DNA of 58,061 bases, filler included, from Sphacelaria rigidula (GCA_964200075.2; 8 parts of 8 records of this genome joined end to end with filler, not necessarily neighbours in it), one strand, 5' to 3'. Shown: positions 1-13,351, numbered from the whole stretch's first letter. The notes: a model not told the origin generated them from the letters alone. A program made the numbers and translations.

Positions 1-88
1 CCTGTCGTTGCTTGTCTCTCTGGTGATATCGTCATCGACACGCGTGTACACCGCATTTCGTTGGGTGCACCCAGCCAGAGTTGCTTAA

Positions 89-193
89 CCCTTGGACCGC
101 GGTGCCCGTAGTCTATCTGGACCACGCGTGTACTTTTTCCGAGTGAATATTGATGCCGATTCAGCAGGTGATCTACTCTCGCGGTCTGACGGT
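89..193. mobile_element. Degenerate copy of the piggyBac-like MITE seen intact at 41090-41186
   Basis: Left end TTAA|CCCTTGGACCGCG, shared internal ATTGATGCCGATTCA, and a decayed right end CTCGCGGTCTGACGG match the 41090 copy. Confidence 0.55.
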
Positions 194-1849
194 CGAGTCC
201 TCCTGCGGTGTTTGGGGGGGGAAGATACTTTCGCTCTGTGTCACTCTTTCGTATCTTCCCTGCAACAGAGAAATGCGACTTCAGCCCCCATTTTAGTGTT
301 GAACCCCAAAAAATTGAAATCGGCTGTTCATTGTCGATCCAAAATTAATGTGCAAAGACAGGCCCTCGGCAACCGCTGATCGCTGCAGCAAGATGTTATG
401 CCGACCACTATACTGGAACAGACCCTTAATTCCGCATATGACGATTACTGAAGGTCATTACATTTGGACACGATTACTCCGAGCGTGCCTCTATCGGACG
501 AAACTAGCCCAATCACAGCGGGATGCTTGCTTGGTATGCCGGTTTCATATGATTGTGGATGCCTCCTTTCTCACTTTTTTGCAGTCACGGACGTCTGTGA
601 ATAATGAGGCGTCTGACCCCAGGGTGGCGGGCGGGGGTAGGGAGTTCCAAAAGGGCCGACCTGACGACACGCAACAACAAAGACACACAAAGCCAAAAAG
701 GTGGGCCAATGCGCCAACAATACGCGCTAAAGTCGTAAATGACAGCAACAGGCAGCACAGTTGATAAAGTGACTTGTGTGTCGCGGATAGATGACGGAGG
801 ATAACACCCCTATGATGACTTTTTCGTACTCGTCAAGGAGGGCGTTCTTTGTTTCCTCATATATTCAAAGTTGAAATGATTTTGTTGAGATCTTTCGATG
901 GGCTTGGTATTTCGGGGGTGCGCGGGCTTCATCCAATCAGTGTCACCCGAGATCAGAACCATTCGGACGCTGGCCGGTGCATTACCTCCTGGAGCTGTTC
1001 GCCACATCACCTACGGCACGTCTACCACAGGTACTGCAGGAACTGATCTCTTTGAAGAACATCAGGTGCGGACTGTTCCGTTCTTTCAAATGCCCCATGC
1101 TGTATATCTCAATACTCAATACCCTAAAGTACGACTGACAACATCAAGATCTGTTGATTAACGAATCTCCGGAAAGCTTCCCGATGAAGCACACGTATCG
1201 TCATCAGCAGAATCATTTCTACTATTGGTGGTTGTCATTGTCGTGTCTAACCCGCGCTCCGCTCTTTCATCAAGGGCTATGCAGACCGCACCGCCGTGGC
1301 GGTTTGAGGCAAGGCAAACAGAAAGCCAACCCCTCACAGAAGCTAAGGCAAGAAAGACTGCATCTCGAGGAGCTTTGCGAGCTCATGTTTGTAACGTTCT
1401 TCACCTGTGATGTGTTCACCCCTTCCTCGAGTTATCACCAGACCTCTAATCTTGCGCAGTCTGCAGCTCTCTCCCAAAGTTCTCCCTCTCTGTCTGTCTG
1501 CTCTGCCGCAGGTGCTCGAGAATATTTTTATTTCATTTGATATATTTGTATGGATCTGATTTCTCAGGTCTTCCTGTCGAGACCAAAGATCCCTCCGCGC
1601 ATGACGAAATCAATAAGTGTATAGGGCGACCACGTACCGCATACTTCATATCGCACCATTCCCTCTGTATTATTCGAACTTCCATCACACAGCTAAGTGC
1701 TATATGATGCTGAGATTGAGGGGGAATACAACACATGGAGAATACGCGTGAACTCGGACAGTTAATCTAACCTTTTTAGATTCACCAGGTTTTGAACATA
1801 TGGTGTCATTTTTCATCGTCAATACTATCCTCGATATAATATCCTCCCA

Positions 1850-2285
1850 GTCGCGGTCGGCCCGGTTGCTCAGTTGGTATATAGCTTCGAAACGTTTTGC
1901 GGTATTGGGACGTGGGTTCGAATCTCAGAGAAGTGACATCACCTGAGTTTTTTCTCAGACCATCACAAACAATGAAGAGCGACTTTGTCGTGGGTGGGTT
2001 CACAAACTTCGACGGCACAGTTGACGAGTGAAAGGGATCACTGGACCCCTTCCACGAGAAGATACGTGAAAAAACTATACGGAGGTCAGCACCGCGGGAC
2101 GAAAGTGAACTACTAAAAATCAACGAAAAAAGATAACTCCTGTGTTGGCTTTCCTCTTGTTTGTGTGACCTCAGCTGATGCCCACATATACCGAAACTGA
2201 AAGACCGGCTTTCAGAGTAGAGATCGAAGGGATGACAACATTCAGACACACACAGTGTCACGCACACACATGCGCGCGCGCGGAG
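1850..2285 (+). mobile_element. tRNA-derived SINE-like element
   Basis: Pol III A-box-like TTGCTCAGTTGG (1866-1877) and B-box GGTTCGAATC (1915-1924). No proper cloverleaf. Followed by about 350 nt of body ending in a CA-rich tail. The 3' boundary is approximate. Confidence 0.6.
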
Positions 2286-2645
2286 TTCTTGTAACATTGG
2301 TTTGACTGATCGTCGTTTATGCACTCGGCAGTTTTTTAATCTTGTCAGTTGCTACGTGAGTAGCTCTATGAGCGCGGCCGTTACTTATCCTATATAGTTG
2401 ATGAGGTGTGTGACAGAGATGGGATGATTAATACTTAATTATGCCAACGGTGTACAGTGTACAGTCGAGTAGCGCAGAGCTGCGAGTATTATCTAACTCA
2501 CGGGAACTGACAGAAGTTGAAGGTGTCAACAAACAAGACAGAAACGCGATTCTGTTCTGATATGAGGATTCGGCCACCTACCTAGCACAGGATAACTCCA
2601 GCGACCGCTGTGATTTGCTTTACGCTAGAGGTTTCACGATCAGCT

Positions 2646-5600
2646 ATGTCTCTTCGGTCATCCGCCGTCAGCTTCCTTCAGGGATTCGCGCGAGGGATTT
2701 GCAACAAAAAGAAGGGAGCACCGAAGAAACTCAAGCAGATCTCCAACCGTTCGCAGGTCGGCTTGTATCATGGCAAGGACATCAGGCAAGTGCCGACCAT
2801 AAGTGCCTGTAGACGGCTACGTACTGCTAGCTATAAGAAGCAGTGTGTGTCCAGTGTTTCGTACAAGTTGCGGCAGGTGGTGCTACATGTGCTCTCGTGA
2901 TTTGGATCCAGAATATTCCATAATGCAGCTCTTGATACAATTATCGCAATCATTTTGCTCTTCGCTGTAGGGGCTGCTCGAACGTGCAGACGCACACCGT
3001 CCCGTCTACTCGTATTAGTACAGTAGTCAGTGTGCTTGCGCGGTTGCGATATCGTAGGTATTGCCACGCCGCCAAGCTCTCTTTTTATGATGAGCCCTCA
3101 TTGATATATGCCTGTCTGTTCAGGACTTATTCTCCGTGGCATGTAAGTCTCCCCCCTCGAACAAGAATACCTATGGTATAGCAGGGGGGTGTTATTTCCC
3201 CATGACCGTTACACCGTACGTTGTTCATGCCATGATATTAGTCGTTTGTAAGTGGTGGTCGTGGCTTGGCTAGCGGTGGCTGCTTACTCCGACTGCGCCC
3301 GTACTGAGTTTAAGCATATCGTCTATGCGCTGTTGTCTCATCAATGCGCCACTTACAACATTTTGCGCTGCAAAAGTGTAATCTCAACGAGGCGGCATAC
3401 AAAACCGGTCCGTGAGCCAGAAACACTCTGCTTGTGTTTGGCCAGGACGCAGCCCTTATTTCATAGCCCCACCCACAGTAATCATGGCATGGGTCTGATG
3501 TCTTCCGACTTATTGATTAATTGATCCCAAAAGTTCACATCGAGTTTCCTGCGACTCTAATGTCTTACTCAGCGAGTCGGTCGCGTTTTTCACCAGCGTG
3601 GTTTCTATTGGTGAGCGGGTTCTGTTTCTCACCACGGGTACAGTAACGAAGTAGACTTTTTGCTGGTCGAACCCTGAACACGAACGCGTGATTTGGCACA
3701 GAGAGCTCACTGTGATGTCATCACACGTTACATGGTTGGGATTATGGTTAAGGTTAGCTTTTGATGCATGTGTATGTGTATCTTGGCTTTGCATACCCCA
3801 ACCATTGCTTTCAGTCGTTCTCTGAAGTGCTCTTTTACTTCTAACGTGATTCTCACCGGCGAGCCGTTTTTTGTTCCGTACTAATGTACGGTAGCGTGAT
3901 TGCTCGCCGGCGGGCCGATTTTTTCTTGATAACGTGATTATCATCGCATACGGACCTGTTATGTTTCTCACTGAAATCTCCCTCGCTGGCGAGCCGGTCC
4001 TGTGGTGATGGTGTGCCGTATCTTCTTTGTTTCTGGCTGACGATAATAACGGCGGACAAGTCAACGTCCACATCCTTCTGTCCGCAACAGCTGCTGCTTT
4101 TGCACGATAGTAGAACCATAAAAAGCTTTTCCGGTGTTTATCTCACTGGGCCGTGAAATTGAGAAAGTAGACCGTGGTAGGCCGGAATCACCTGCCTCAT
4201 CATTGCTCAGCCCGCCTTGTCAGGGTTATTGTCACCAACAGTGAACAGCTTACCTATCAAGAAGTCGTGTGACAGCACATGGATACGCTTCACATCCATG
4301 GTGAGCTCCGTCTGATTACTACCTGTCGTCTGAGTGCGGTTCACTGCGGCATTGGAGCCCTGTACTGTCTGCTTTCATCGTACAAGTACTGCAGTAAGAA
4401 GTGGAAGGCACATGCGTGGCGAAGAGTTATCGTCGGAGACCGCATGCTTTGCGCTGTTAACTAACTCTATACTGCGCGGCAGTCTGGTGCGCAATCGTAC
4501 AAAACAACGTGTAACCATCGAGTGAAAGCGAATTTTGGGAACAATTCTCAGTAGTCCACTTTCAAGCAGCCACGAGCCAGATCCGTCACTCAATGTCCTG
4601 CATTATGTTTACATGTTTTCAACAACTTTGGCGTCAACGACCACAGATCACCACCTGTACCGACCATCTTACACGGAAAAACTGGGAACAATTTTCGCCA
4701 CAACGGTAGCTACCAGATTCTGGGGATAGGCGTGCTGTTTTAGATAATAAAGGAATTGAGTACTTCCTGTCGTGCTTACGGTGCTGTTTGTTGAGCTGTT
4801 CCGCGTTTGTCGACCGTGACTGCAGTGATGGAGGAGGTAGGACGCGCCGTATTCATGCGCCTTTCGATGTAGCTCTAGTTCTGGGCAATGGATACGCGTC
4901 CCTCAGTGTGGCCCTGGGTTCAATGAGCACAGCGTTTGCGCGCTAGCCACAAGAGAGTCAGCCACAAGTAGTAACTGCTGTAGTTGTACTCTCAGTCCCA
5001 GCGATGGAATCCGGTACTGGTAAGATGGTCATCACTCACTTCGTCCTTTTCTGGACCAAGCGTAAAATGCAAACGAGCTACGTCGTATGCGTCACAAATC
5101 CGAGAGGTTGAGTGTGTCAGGCAAACATCACGCACATTTCAAACGACCACGTATGGTACACCTTGGTTTGCCAGAGAACGTTCCCGGAAACAGCGGCATT
5201 TAGGCACACCGCCGCACGATCTTTCAAATATCTTGCAGACCCAAATCATCGACGCGGCACCATCAATGGTGCCATCCAACGTGCCGTAGAGTTGGTGGGG
5301 TGGCCTGTGCTGTCGTGTCACCGGGGGTACACTCCGCGATGATGAGCAGCTGGCTGCAATTCTAAGGAGTGTCTATGGGTGAAGACCTGCCCCTGAGTTT
5401 TTTTCACTTTCCTGCCCCAAGTTGAAGTTTTAAGTGAGTAAAAAAAAAAAATGGACAGGTTGAAGTTGTCACGCACACGCCCATCATCAACGACCACATA
5501 CGTCTTGCGGGAGATTCGCAGAAGAGCTGTGATTTTGCACGCCGCTGTAAGAGCTTTCAGATCTCTTCCAGACTTGAACCGCTCGCATGGCACCATCGAT

Positions 5601-6028
5601 CGCGTCACAGAACGCGGGGTAGGTTTGGTCGGATGACCTTTGCTGTCGTATGACTGAATACAGTCTGCGATGACAGTGTCAAAAACGTGGCAACACAAAG
5701 GTAGACCTTGGAGAAAACCCACGTCTAGGTAGTAAGCCGTAGAGTATTCCACCATATACTAGAGGAAGGCACTACTACCTCGTCCCCATGAATATACATC
5801 GTGCCACTCGTGTCAGTTTCCGTAATGGGTTGCGCGTGTTGAATCTGTGCGGTTGGGACATGACAGGTTTGGGAACACCATCTCCTTCTCTCACAAGAAG
5901 AACCGACGAACGTGGAAGCCTAACGTCCACAAGAAATCCCTTTGGAGCGAAACACTGGAGAGATGGATTCGATTTCACATCACGACGCACGCGCTAAGAT
6001 GCGTGGACAAGGCTGGAGGGATAGACAG
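2646..6028 (+). CDS. MRPL28: Ribosomal protein bL28 family, probably mitochondrial (MRPL28/MRPL24-like), 5' part. Exons 2646-2785 and 5867-6028; later exons not found before the contig ends
   Basis: Spliced product MSLRSSAVSFLQGFARGICNKKKGAPKKLKQISNRSQVGLYHGKDIR/FGNTISFSHKKNRRTWKPNVHKKSLWSETLERWIRFHITTHALRCVDKAGGID carries the L28 signature (GLYxG..FGN.IS.S..K.RR.WKPNV) after an Arg/Ser-rich presequence-like N-terminus. The phase-2 junction AG|G restores Arg. Confidence 0.92.
5000..5760 (-). pseudogene. Possible decayed hAT-like transposase fragment inside L28 intron 1
   Basis: Minus-strand translations show hAT-like remnants (CCHVFDTVIADC resembling the CxxH motif, PRSVTR resembling TRW, and LKDRAAVCL..ERSL resembling the C-terminal dimerisation motif) across frameshifts. 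Confidence 0.3.
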
Positions 6029-7171
6029 GTCAATTTCGTTTCGTTGCTGTATTTTTCCTGTTTTCGGTGGGGAGCAGGGGGGGTTGTGTGGCATGCTGAG
6101 GTGCAGAGCTGAAGCAGGAGACGACTTCCCCACCAGCAGTGTGTGAATAGGGTGAAACACGCCCCCTTGTCGTAGGATGATGATTCTTTGAGTCCTCGAC
6201 AGACGCTTGCAGCAATTTAGAGCCATGCTTACGCAGTTGTAGTAAATAAGGGTTGGAGAAATTTCTCGGGAATTAATGATTTTGAAAATCACGCTAACCC
6301 GTAACCCTAACCGCAACGCAAGGTAAACCGAGAACTCTCGGCTAAGGGGGTTGCGAAGGGTACACTAAGCAAAGTGTGCGCTGGCAGACCTCAAATCGGG
6401 TGCCGATTTCAACAAAAAGCGCGTTTTGCGCAAGCTAGGAGCACGTGGGATTGTCAGCCCCACTAAAGATCCGAATATCGACGTTCAGTCTTACATCACG
6501 TAATAAAAGCTGTCAAGTATTTTTATTAACGAGTGCGTACGCTCCACTGGTAGCTCATCCCTTGAGTTTCCAGTCCGAATGCTCCTGGAGTAAATTCGTC
6601 CAATTGCTCGGAGATCACATCTCTTGGGCCCCAAAACACCTCCATTTTTGTCTTGGTCATCACTTTCGCGCATGTGTTTATGAAACGCCATGTTATGGAG
6701 TCAAATTTCGCCACGAAAAGCGCATGCTCTTGTGGTCGCGGCTCCCGAAACGTTGTCCCAGATTTCGGATGTATATGCACTTGTGAGCAATCTCAAAGGG
6801 CATCCCCCTAATTACTTGGTCGCTTTGTGATGACAGTAGCCGAAATCGATCATGCCAGCTCTTGTCACGAAAAAATCCTATTGATAATGACAATTCATCA
6901 CAATGTCAAACAGGATACTGCGTACAGTATCGACTACTGCGTCTATTTCACACTGTGCGCGGCACACTTTTTTGACAATATTATCACTTTCAGCTTCTCT
7001 CACCTTTCTCGGTACGAGTTCGTACTCTTACGGGGTCAGCCCATCTCTCCCCCGGTACAATACATGCCATACATCTTGCTCTCGCGGATTGGATCAGCAC
7101 CCCCTTCCTCCTGCCCCCCCCCCCCCCTCCGCGCACCGCCCTCCGCCCCCTCAGCACCCGCCCCTCCTCAC

Positions 7172-7271
7172 NNNNNNNNNNNNNNNNNNNNNNNNNNNNN
7201 NNNNNNNNNNNNNNNTTAATTAATTAANNNNNNNNNNNNNNNNNNNNNNNNNNNNNNNNNNNNNNNNNNNN
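7172..7271. other. Artificial contig-joining linker (44 N + TTAATTAATTAA + 44 N). Recurs at 14443, 21714, 28984, 36254, 43524 and 50793
   Basis: Identical 100-nt spacer with stops in all six frames, at near-constant spacing of about 7270 nt. Confidence 0.97.
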
Positions 7272-7913
7272 AACATGAAGTTTTCGACATACAGTCAAGT
7301 GTGTAGACAGCACTGCGTCCCGACTGATACTCAAGATTACAGAAAGACCAACACAACAATACAGCACATCAAGCAATCTCAGCGGAGACCAAACCGCCTT
7401 CGCAAGTTCCAAACACACCACAGAACAGTGATAGCTGCAGCACATGAGGGCGGACGTGAGAGTGTTTGTGCTGCAGTACAGTGAAACAAGACATGTTTCA
7501 TGTTCTAGTTCTTCAGCTGATTTGAAACGGGCCCCCAGTCTGTGCAGGGTGCCTATCTTGAACGCTCGGACATGATCGCGCTTCTAGCAAATAGTTCATA
7601 TTACTACAAAATTATTTCATGTATGGCTGCTGTGCCAAAAGCTAGAGCCTGGGGTCGTATTTTCGCGAACCCCCCGAAGATCGGTCAAGCCCGTAAGTCA
7701 CTCATTTTTGATCGCAGATAATTCTTCTCTCAAAATAAGAGGTATATAATATCTCCGGATACCCATTTTTTGGCATCCAACAGTCACTGTCATGAGAGGC
7801 GGCAAGCAAAACGAATTCGGACAGCCTGTGAGATACTAAGAAATCGCGGATTTTGCTAACTTCTGACACTGACTACTGTATACTGATTATATAATGTGTG
7901 TATAAGATGAAAA

Positions 7914-8890
7914 CAACGAGATGGGTGCGTAGGAACGCAGCAGCGGTCAGGTTGTCAGAGGTTCTGTCAGTCATGGATTTGGTCAGACTCGAAAGATGGT
8001 ATTGATTTCAGTCATCATCCCGCTGCTGCTCAACACACGGCAACAATCGAAAATAATGGGCGACTACACCCGGGAGCCCTCAAAATGCCAGTGGGTGACA
8101 GAGAGGATCGGGAGCAGCTCCCGTGCGGAAAAGTGTAGGCCGCGGGTAAACTGCAGTGCTCAAGTTGGTGTTTCTGGGGCGAAACGGACTTGATATCCCG
8201 TTCATCAGGAGGGTGTTATTGATCGTTCTTGGTCCAATGTAGGCAGTTCGCCCGCTCTTCAGCGACGAAACGGTAAATATTCAGATAAATCAACACGTAA
8301 AAAATCTTCCACAATAACAATCGATAAATTCTTGGATGAGTCGGAGAGGAAAATATAGCGATGGATGCGTGAATACGCGGCAGCGGTCAGGTTGTCAGAG
8401 GTTCTATCAGTCATGAACATGGTCAGACTCGAAAGATGGTATTGATTTCAGTCATCACTCCGCTGCCGATGACACGCGGTAACAAAACGAATTGAAACGA
8501 CCGATCACGTACGGGAGCCCTAAAAATGATCGGGTATGGCCCAGAGCGGCTTCCCCGAATTGATTCTCGGGTGCATGAGGGAAATAACGAGATGGGGGCG
8601 TGAAAACGCGGCAGCGGTCAGGTTGTCAGAGGTTCTATCAGTCATGAACATGGTCAGACTCGAAAGATGGTATTGATTTCAGTCATCATCCCGCTGCCGC
8701 TCGACACACGGTGAACAAATCGCATGGAAATGGACGAATCCACACGACGTCAAAAGACCCTCGGGGAGAGCGACTTTCCTCGAGTGACGTTCAACTGCGC
8801 CAGACAGATGAAGAAGCGGTGGGTGCCTCAACACGCGGCACGGTCATGTTGTCCGAGCTTGCATCAGTAAAGAATTTCCGTCAGACTGTC
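7914..8890 (+). repeat. Locally repeated unit of about 150 nt: three good copies (~7914, ~8360, ~8585) plus partial copies (~8820, ~11030)
   Basis: The core GCAGCGGTCAGGTTGTCAGAGGTTCTRTCAGTCATG...GGTCAGACTCGAAAGATGGTATTGATTTCAGTCATCA recurs almost verbatim. Confidence 0.85.
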
Positions 8891-8929
8891 CACTATTAAT
8901 GTGTTGAGTCGTCACCTCCCTCCCATGCA

Positions 8930-10800
8930 GAGGCATGAATTTCAGGAAGGCTCATGATAAATGCTTTTACAGATCATGCTCACGTCACAAGCATGAACTG
9001 GAACGAAGAACTTCTTTCGTCCTCGACATTTTCTCGGGGGCGTCTTTGGGAAGGCAAAATACAGCGACGCACACCCGCCCGCGAGAAGATGATCGCATCT
9101 CAGTTATTTACCCTACTCTCAATCATCATCAGACACGACAGATGGCAATGGATTGCGTGTGCGTCATCATCGCGTTGACGATGAGTGATCAGTGTCACCG
9201 GGGGGCAAAATACAGAGTGCACAGAAGAGTGACACCTTGTTTCACAGCTTAACGGAGGTGCCGGCCCCACCAACAGGAACGGATGAGAGTTTTCACTCGT
9301 CCATTAGGGGGGGGGGTGGGGGGGTTCACTGTAAATCCGAAAGCGATCGGTTCATCAGAAATGTTCATCACTCGCGATTCTTGTCCGTGTTAAATTGTGT
9401 TTGTAGTCAAAATGGTATCATGTTCCAATCGTCTCTCTTCCACCCCACATTTCGTACCCCATTCCCAGATGCTGTGAGATGAATGTCCCAAAAGGTTCAT
9501 TAATCGAAATATTCGAAGGCCGCTCGCGGGAAAAGCCATCAAACCAAGACATTCATTAATTTACATCCATCGACGGGGAAGGAAGGACATGTTGACAATA
9601 ATTGTGATTCAACACGGGAAAAAGCGCTCCGCCGTTTTCATGGCGGTAAATTGGTATTAGTCTCGTCAATTGGACGTCACCGAGAGTCTGATGTAGGTTT
9701 CACACCGTCGTCATGAAGGACCCATGGCGCATATTTCTGCCATTAGACCCCTCCTCCTTCTTCAGGACAAGTCCATGGTCCTAAGGTATCGTCCACCTTC
9801 CCGGTATGGGCCTTGCATTTTGATCTCGCGTCAAGAAGCGAGAGTCAACTGCCAGTCATCTACTCGGGTCCTCACACGTTCCACGCTGGAAGTCAAGTAC
9901 TTCCGAGAAACCGACGCATCTTCCGCGGATCAAATCCATCTTCTATTTACCCTTTCAGTGTCACTTGGACCATTAGACCACCGAAGCGCTCGAGGTGAGG
10001 AATGATCAACACTCTCGAAAATTGAAAGGTAGGCGGTAGATGATTTGGGCGAGCGTGATTCAAAGGTTCAATACACGCGCTGGTTTAGTAACGCCTCGTC
10101 TCATCACAGCGAGGGTTTACTAAACGCGAGAACTGTCGACAGTGGTGCCAATCGATATACATGTACAATGTTCGTTGGTTTCAACTTCCTCTAGCCCCGC
10201 CAGGATGATGAGGTTGAATAAGGTATTTGTTCTCGCCCGTTACGGCAAATTTGGCGCTGCATTTATCACCAGCCAATGTGCGACCGTCAATAGAACCGAG
10301 CACAAGTGCAGAGGTGAATGTTCTTCCCACATGGACAAAATAATCGCAGGTTGGCGGTCATGAACAATATGGCTGACGAATCAACACTACATGGTGTAGC
10401 CGAAGTCGGAGAACAAGCCAACGGTGGTGATATTGTTGCATTGGGCAAAGAAACAGATCAGAGTGCCACCGTAAACAAACAATGGAAATGCATACGGGGA
10501 AAATACCAACGGCAATCATTGGCAGTATATACAAATGAAACGCCTAATTGGGACGATCATATGGTCGAAGAACACGGTTATGATTGACGACCTCTGGGCA
10601 CTAGGAAATCCAGAAACGTGCTCCTGATGGCCAACATGACAACGCCTACGTACAACACGCTGGCGTCAGGGCAACCTACTCGGCTCTTCCGAGGGCAACG
10701 GGGAAAGGAAGTCAGAACGTTGAACAACACGCTCTCTTGGCTAAAAACTTGAGGTGAAAATATCCGACGTCGACGTACATGTAATCCGAGAGGGCGAAGA
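8930..10800 (+). mobile_element. Highly degenerate non-LTR (LINE) RT remnant, possibly with a C-terminal RNase H, lying antisense in eIF4A intron 3
   Basis: Motif remnants in the expected order across frameshifts: NFRKAHDK (DFxKAyD), REDDRIS/SQLFTLL (RQGDxLSPxLF), RVDD (YxDD), HLPGMGL, and DVHVIREG (RNase H HVxREGN). Confidence 0.35.
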
Positions 10801-12111
10801 ATAAACTGTTATAGACTGTAATTGCAGGGTGGGGTGGGGTGGGGGGTGTAGTAAGAGGGGCATAGTTACGGAGTGGGAGTGATGTGCACTGTAACAGCTA
10901 TGCCGTTCGATTTAGACTGTATGTTGCCAGCAGAGCAGTACAAATCAATGGAGAATAACAGGGAATATCCGAGCACTACTTTGTACGTAGACAGAGTCAA
11001 GAGATTCCGAGGCAACAGCGGACAGTTCGTTACGGTTCATCGCTCATGCAGCGTTCAGACTCGAAGGATGGTATTTGGTCACGTCATCACTCCGCTGATC
11101 ACTATGCCGCCTTTTCACGATATACCACACCATGGGCAGTGTATGGTCAGTAGTTACATAGACAAGAAACGTACTGCAAAAGTATAGACCTACTGCGACT
11201 GTCGTCGGCCGGCAATAGCTGCAATAGGCCAGACTTCGTGCAGTACGCTTCTCGTCTATTGCATACATTTACCATATATTGCCCACAGTGTGCAATATAC
11301 TCAAGAGGGTGTGCTCAAGTGTGATTCCATCGTACAGCCTAGCGTGTAAGTAAACAGCGCACCCACAGATCTTACCCGAGGTGTGGCGGGGAAATATTTC
11401 CTGGCACTTTTGCACGGCGCCCCGACGGGCGTAATTTTCAATTTTCTTCGTTCGAAACTCTGGGTATGGCTGTCGAAAATCCATTTACAGTAAACAGTAA
11501 CAGCACAGTATGCACGTGCTGTCCCGGCTGAGCCGTTTCACAATATCAACCCCAAACCGAAAAAAAGTGTTCAGCACACGCATCTGGGCAATTATGGCGT
11601 CTGCCAAAAAGAAAGAACGACCTACGGACGGCTGCGGGGCCATCCAACACAAACCGCAACGAACGCCGTGAACTGCTGTGACAACGAGAGAAAACCGCTG
11701 GCGAAATATGCCGACGCGAGAGGAGCGAAAACCGTGATATAGAAAGGTAAGTCCCTTCGCTGTGGAGTTATGCGGTATGACTGCATCAACCCAACCGCTC
11801 ATCTATCGAAGGGTCAAGGGCACCAGACACCTCCTGGTCAAGGACGGGATTCAGAGTTTCGCGTTCGCTCTGTAGTGACCCCCAGTGTGCAGTTGGTACA
11901 TTTACCTCTGTCTGTACAGTGCACACGCCTGAGAGGGGAGGGTCATACCATGCGGCACTACACGATGGCGCCGGTGTTCGGTGGACTGGGCATTTTGCGC
12001 AGCGGCGTGTGCGCGTCGGATGGGAGCAAAAATTTCTGCGGTGGCGAGGGCGATATGAGAAAGTTTTTGTTCCAAAATGTTGAAACTCAGATAAATACTG
12101 AACACGCTCAC

Positions 12112-13351
12112 CCGACTGAGCCTGTGCGATGCAGTCCTTTCCCATGAGGATAGGCTTGACGGCACGCTGTTCGTCGTTTCGAGGGTTACCATGTACAGGG
12201 CAAGCGATAGACAGAGACAGCGAGGAGTTAAGGTTAAACAGCGTAATGAATTGCAGCAAGCGTATCGCTGTTTTGTTTTGGTTGCTGCTGCTGATGCAGC
12301 TGCAGCTGCTGCTGCTGCTTGGAGTGGCCCATTCCGTGGAAAGTTCAGCCTTGCTCATTTTCCACGACGACACATAATTCTTACGTTGAGCGCCGCGGGT
12401 ATAAGACTCAAGACACCAACAGGCATGACCACCCGAGCAGGACATATGGATGATTGCCAGAAACCCTGGCTAATTTTCTTGGGGTGCGGGCAACAAATCC
12501 TGTGTACCAGCTGCAGTTTCACTAAAGGACCAATAACGCAACACCCCCCTGCTTGGCTGCACCGAGTCCGTCTCTCACGCGCCCCGACATCACAAACCGC
12601 GTCTATTACAGTGCTGCAGATGTCTTGTAAACCAGTTTGCCGATGCAGACGGGAAACCGCGTTTTCAGTGTACCGTACTGTACTGTCTCCAGCTTTTCAG
12701 GACAAGCCATAGCTACATCGCACCTGTTGAATCGCAGACGGCTTCTCGAAACCGTACGCGTATATGCCGCGCAACAGCTCCTCGCGCAGCTCCATGGCAT
12801 CGAAAGTCTCAATGCACTCCTCCCAGTTAGTCTCAATGTCATCTTCGGTCAAAGCCTTAGGTCCCTCGCCCGACGCACCCTCGTCCCTTCAAAATTCAAA
12901 GTGTATTGATTTTTGTGTGTGTAGAACAGGAACAGCATACACCAGGAACGGAATGTACAAGTAAGCTAGGTCAACACAACCTCGTTTTGCATCACCCTCG
13001 ACAGCGACGCAAACTCATGCTGTGATTTAGCGAGAAGATGCGATCTTCTTCACAGTGTGATTGATTTCCAACAAGAGCATATGCTCACAGAACAGCCTCC
13101 CGGCCCCCTCCCTTCCTCCGACACGCCATCATGCCTTGCCAACCCTGTTGGTGTGTGTGCAGCCAGCGCCTCTCCCACCATTTATTTTTTTTTTGGGAGA
13201 GAGCGATTTCTTCTTCGAACACACAACAGCCACAAACAGAAACAAAGAGCTGCACTTGGAACCCCGATGCACGGACGCCCTGTGCTAGGAGCTACTCTGC
13301 TGAACGAAAGGCTCAAGACAGACGGGTGTCTCACCTCTTCTCTTCAGCCAT
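12112..13351 (-). CDS. eIF4A: Eukaryotic initiation factor 4A (DEAD-box RNA helicase), 5' part. Exons 13351-13335, 12886-12724 and 12166-12112; later exons not in this contig
   Basis: Spliced product [79 protein letters not shown] contains the eIF4A Q-motif and the start of motif I. All junctions are GT-AG and phase-consistent. Confidence 0.95.

Noticed and set aside
1860..1935. Functional tRNA gene (also 13939-14030)
   Set aside because: A and B boxes are present but the acceptor and anticodon stems do not pair, which fits SINE heads or pseudogenes.
6295..6312. True telomere (TAACCC)
   Set aside because: Only a few degenerate units, internal to the contig and part of a dispersed repeat.
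7216..7227. Recurring TTAATTAATTAA as a biological motif or regular repeat
   Set aside because: It is always centred in N runs and is a six-frame-stop assembly linker.
7914..8720. CRISPR-like repeat-spacer array
   Set aside because: Units are about 150 nt with very unequal spacers, the context is a eukaryotic intron, and no cas genes are present.
2646..13351. Convergent L28 and eIF4A as a translation gene cluster
   Set aside because: The two genes lie on different contigs joined by an artificial linker.
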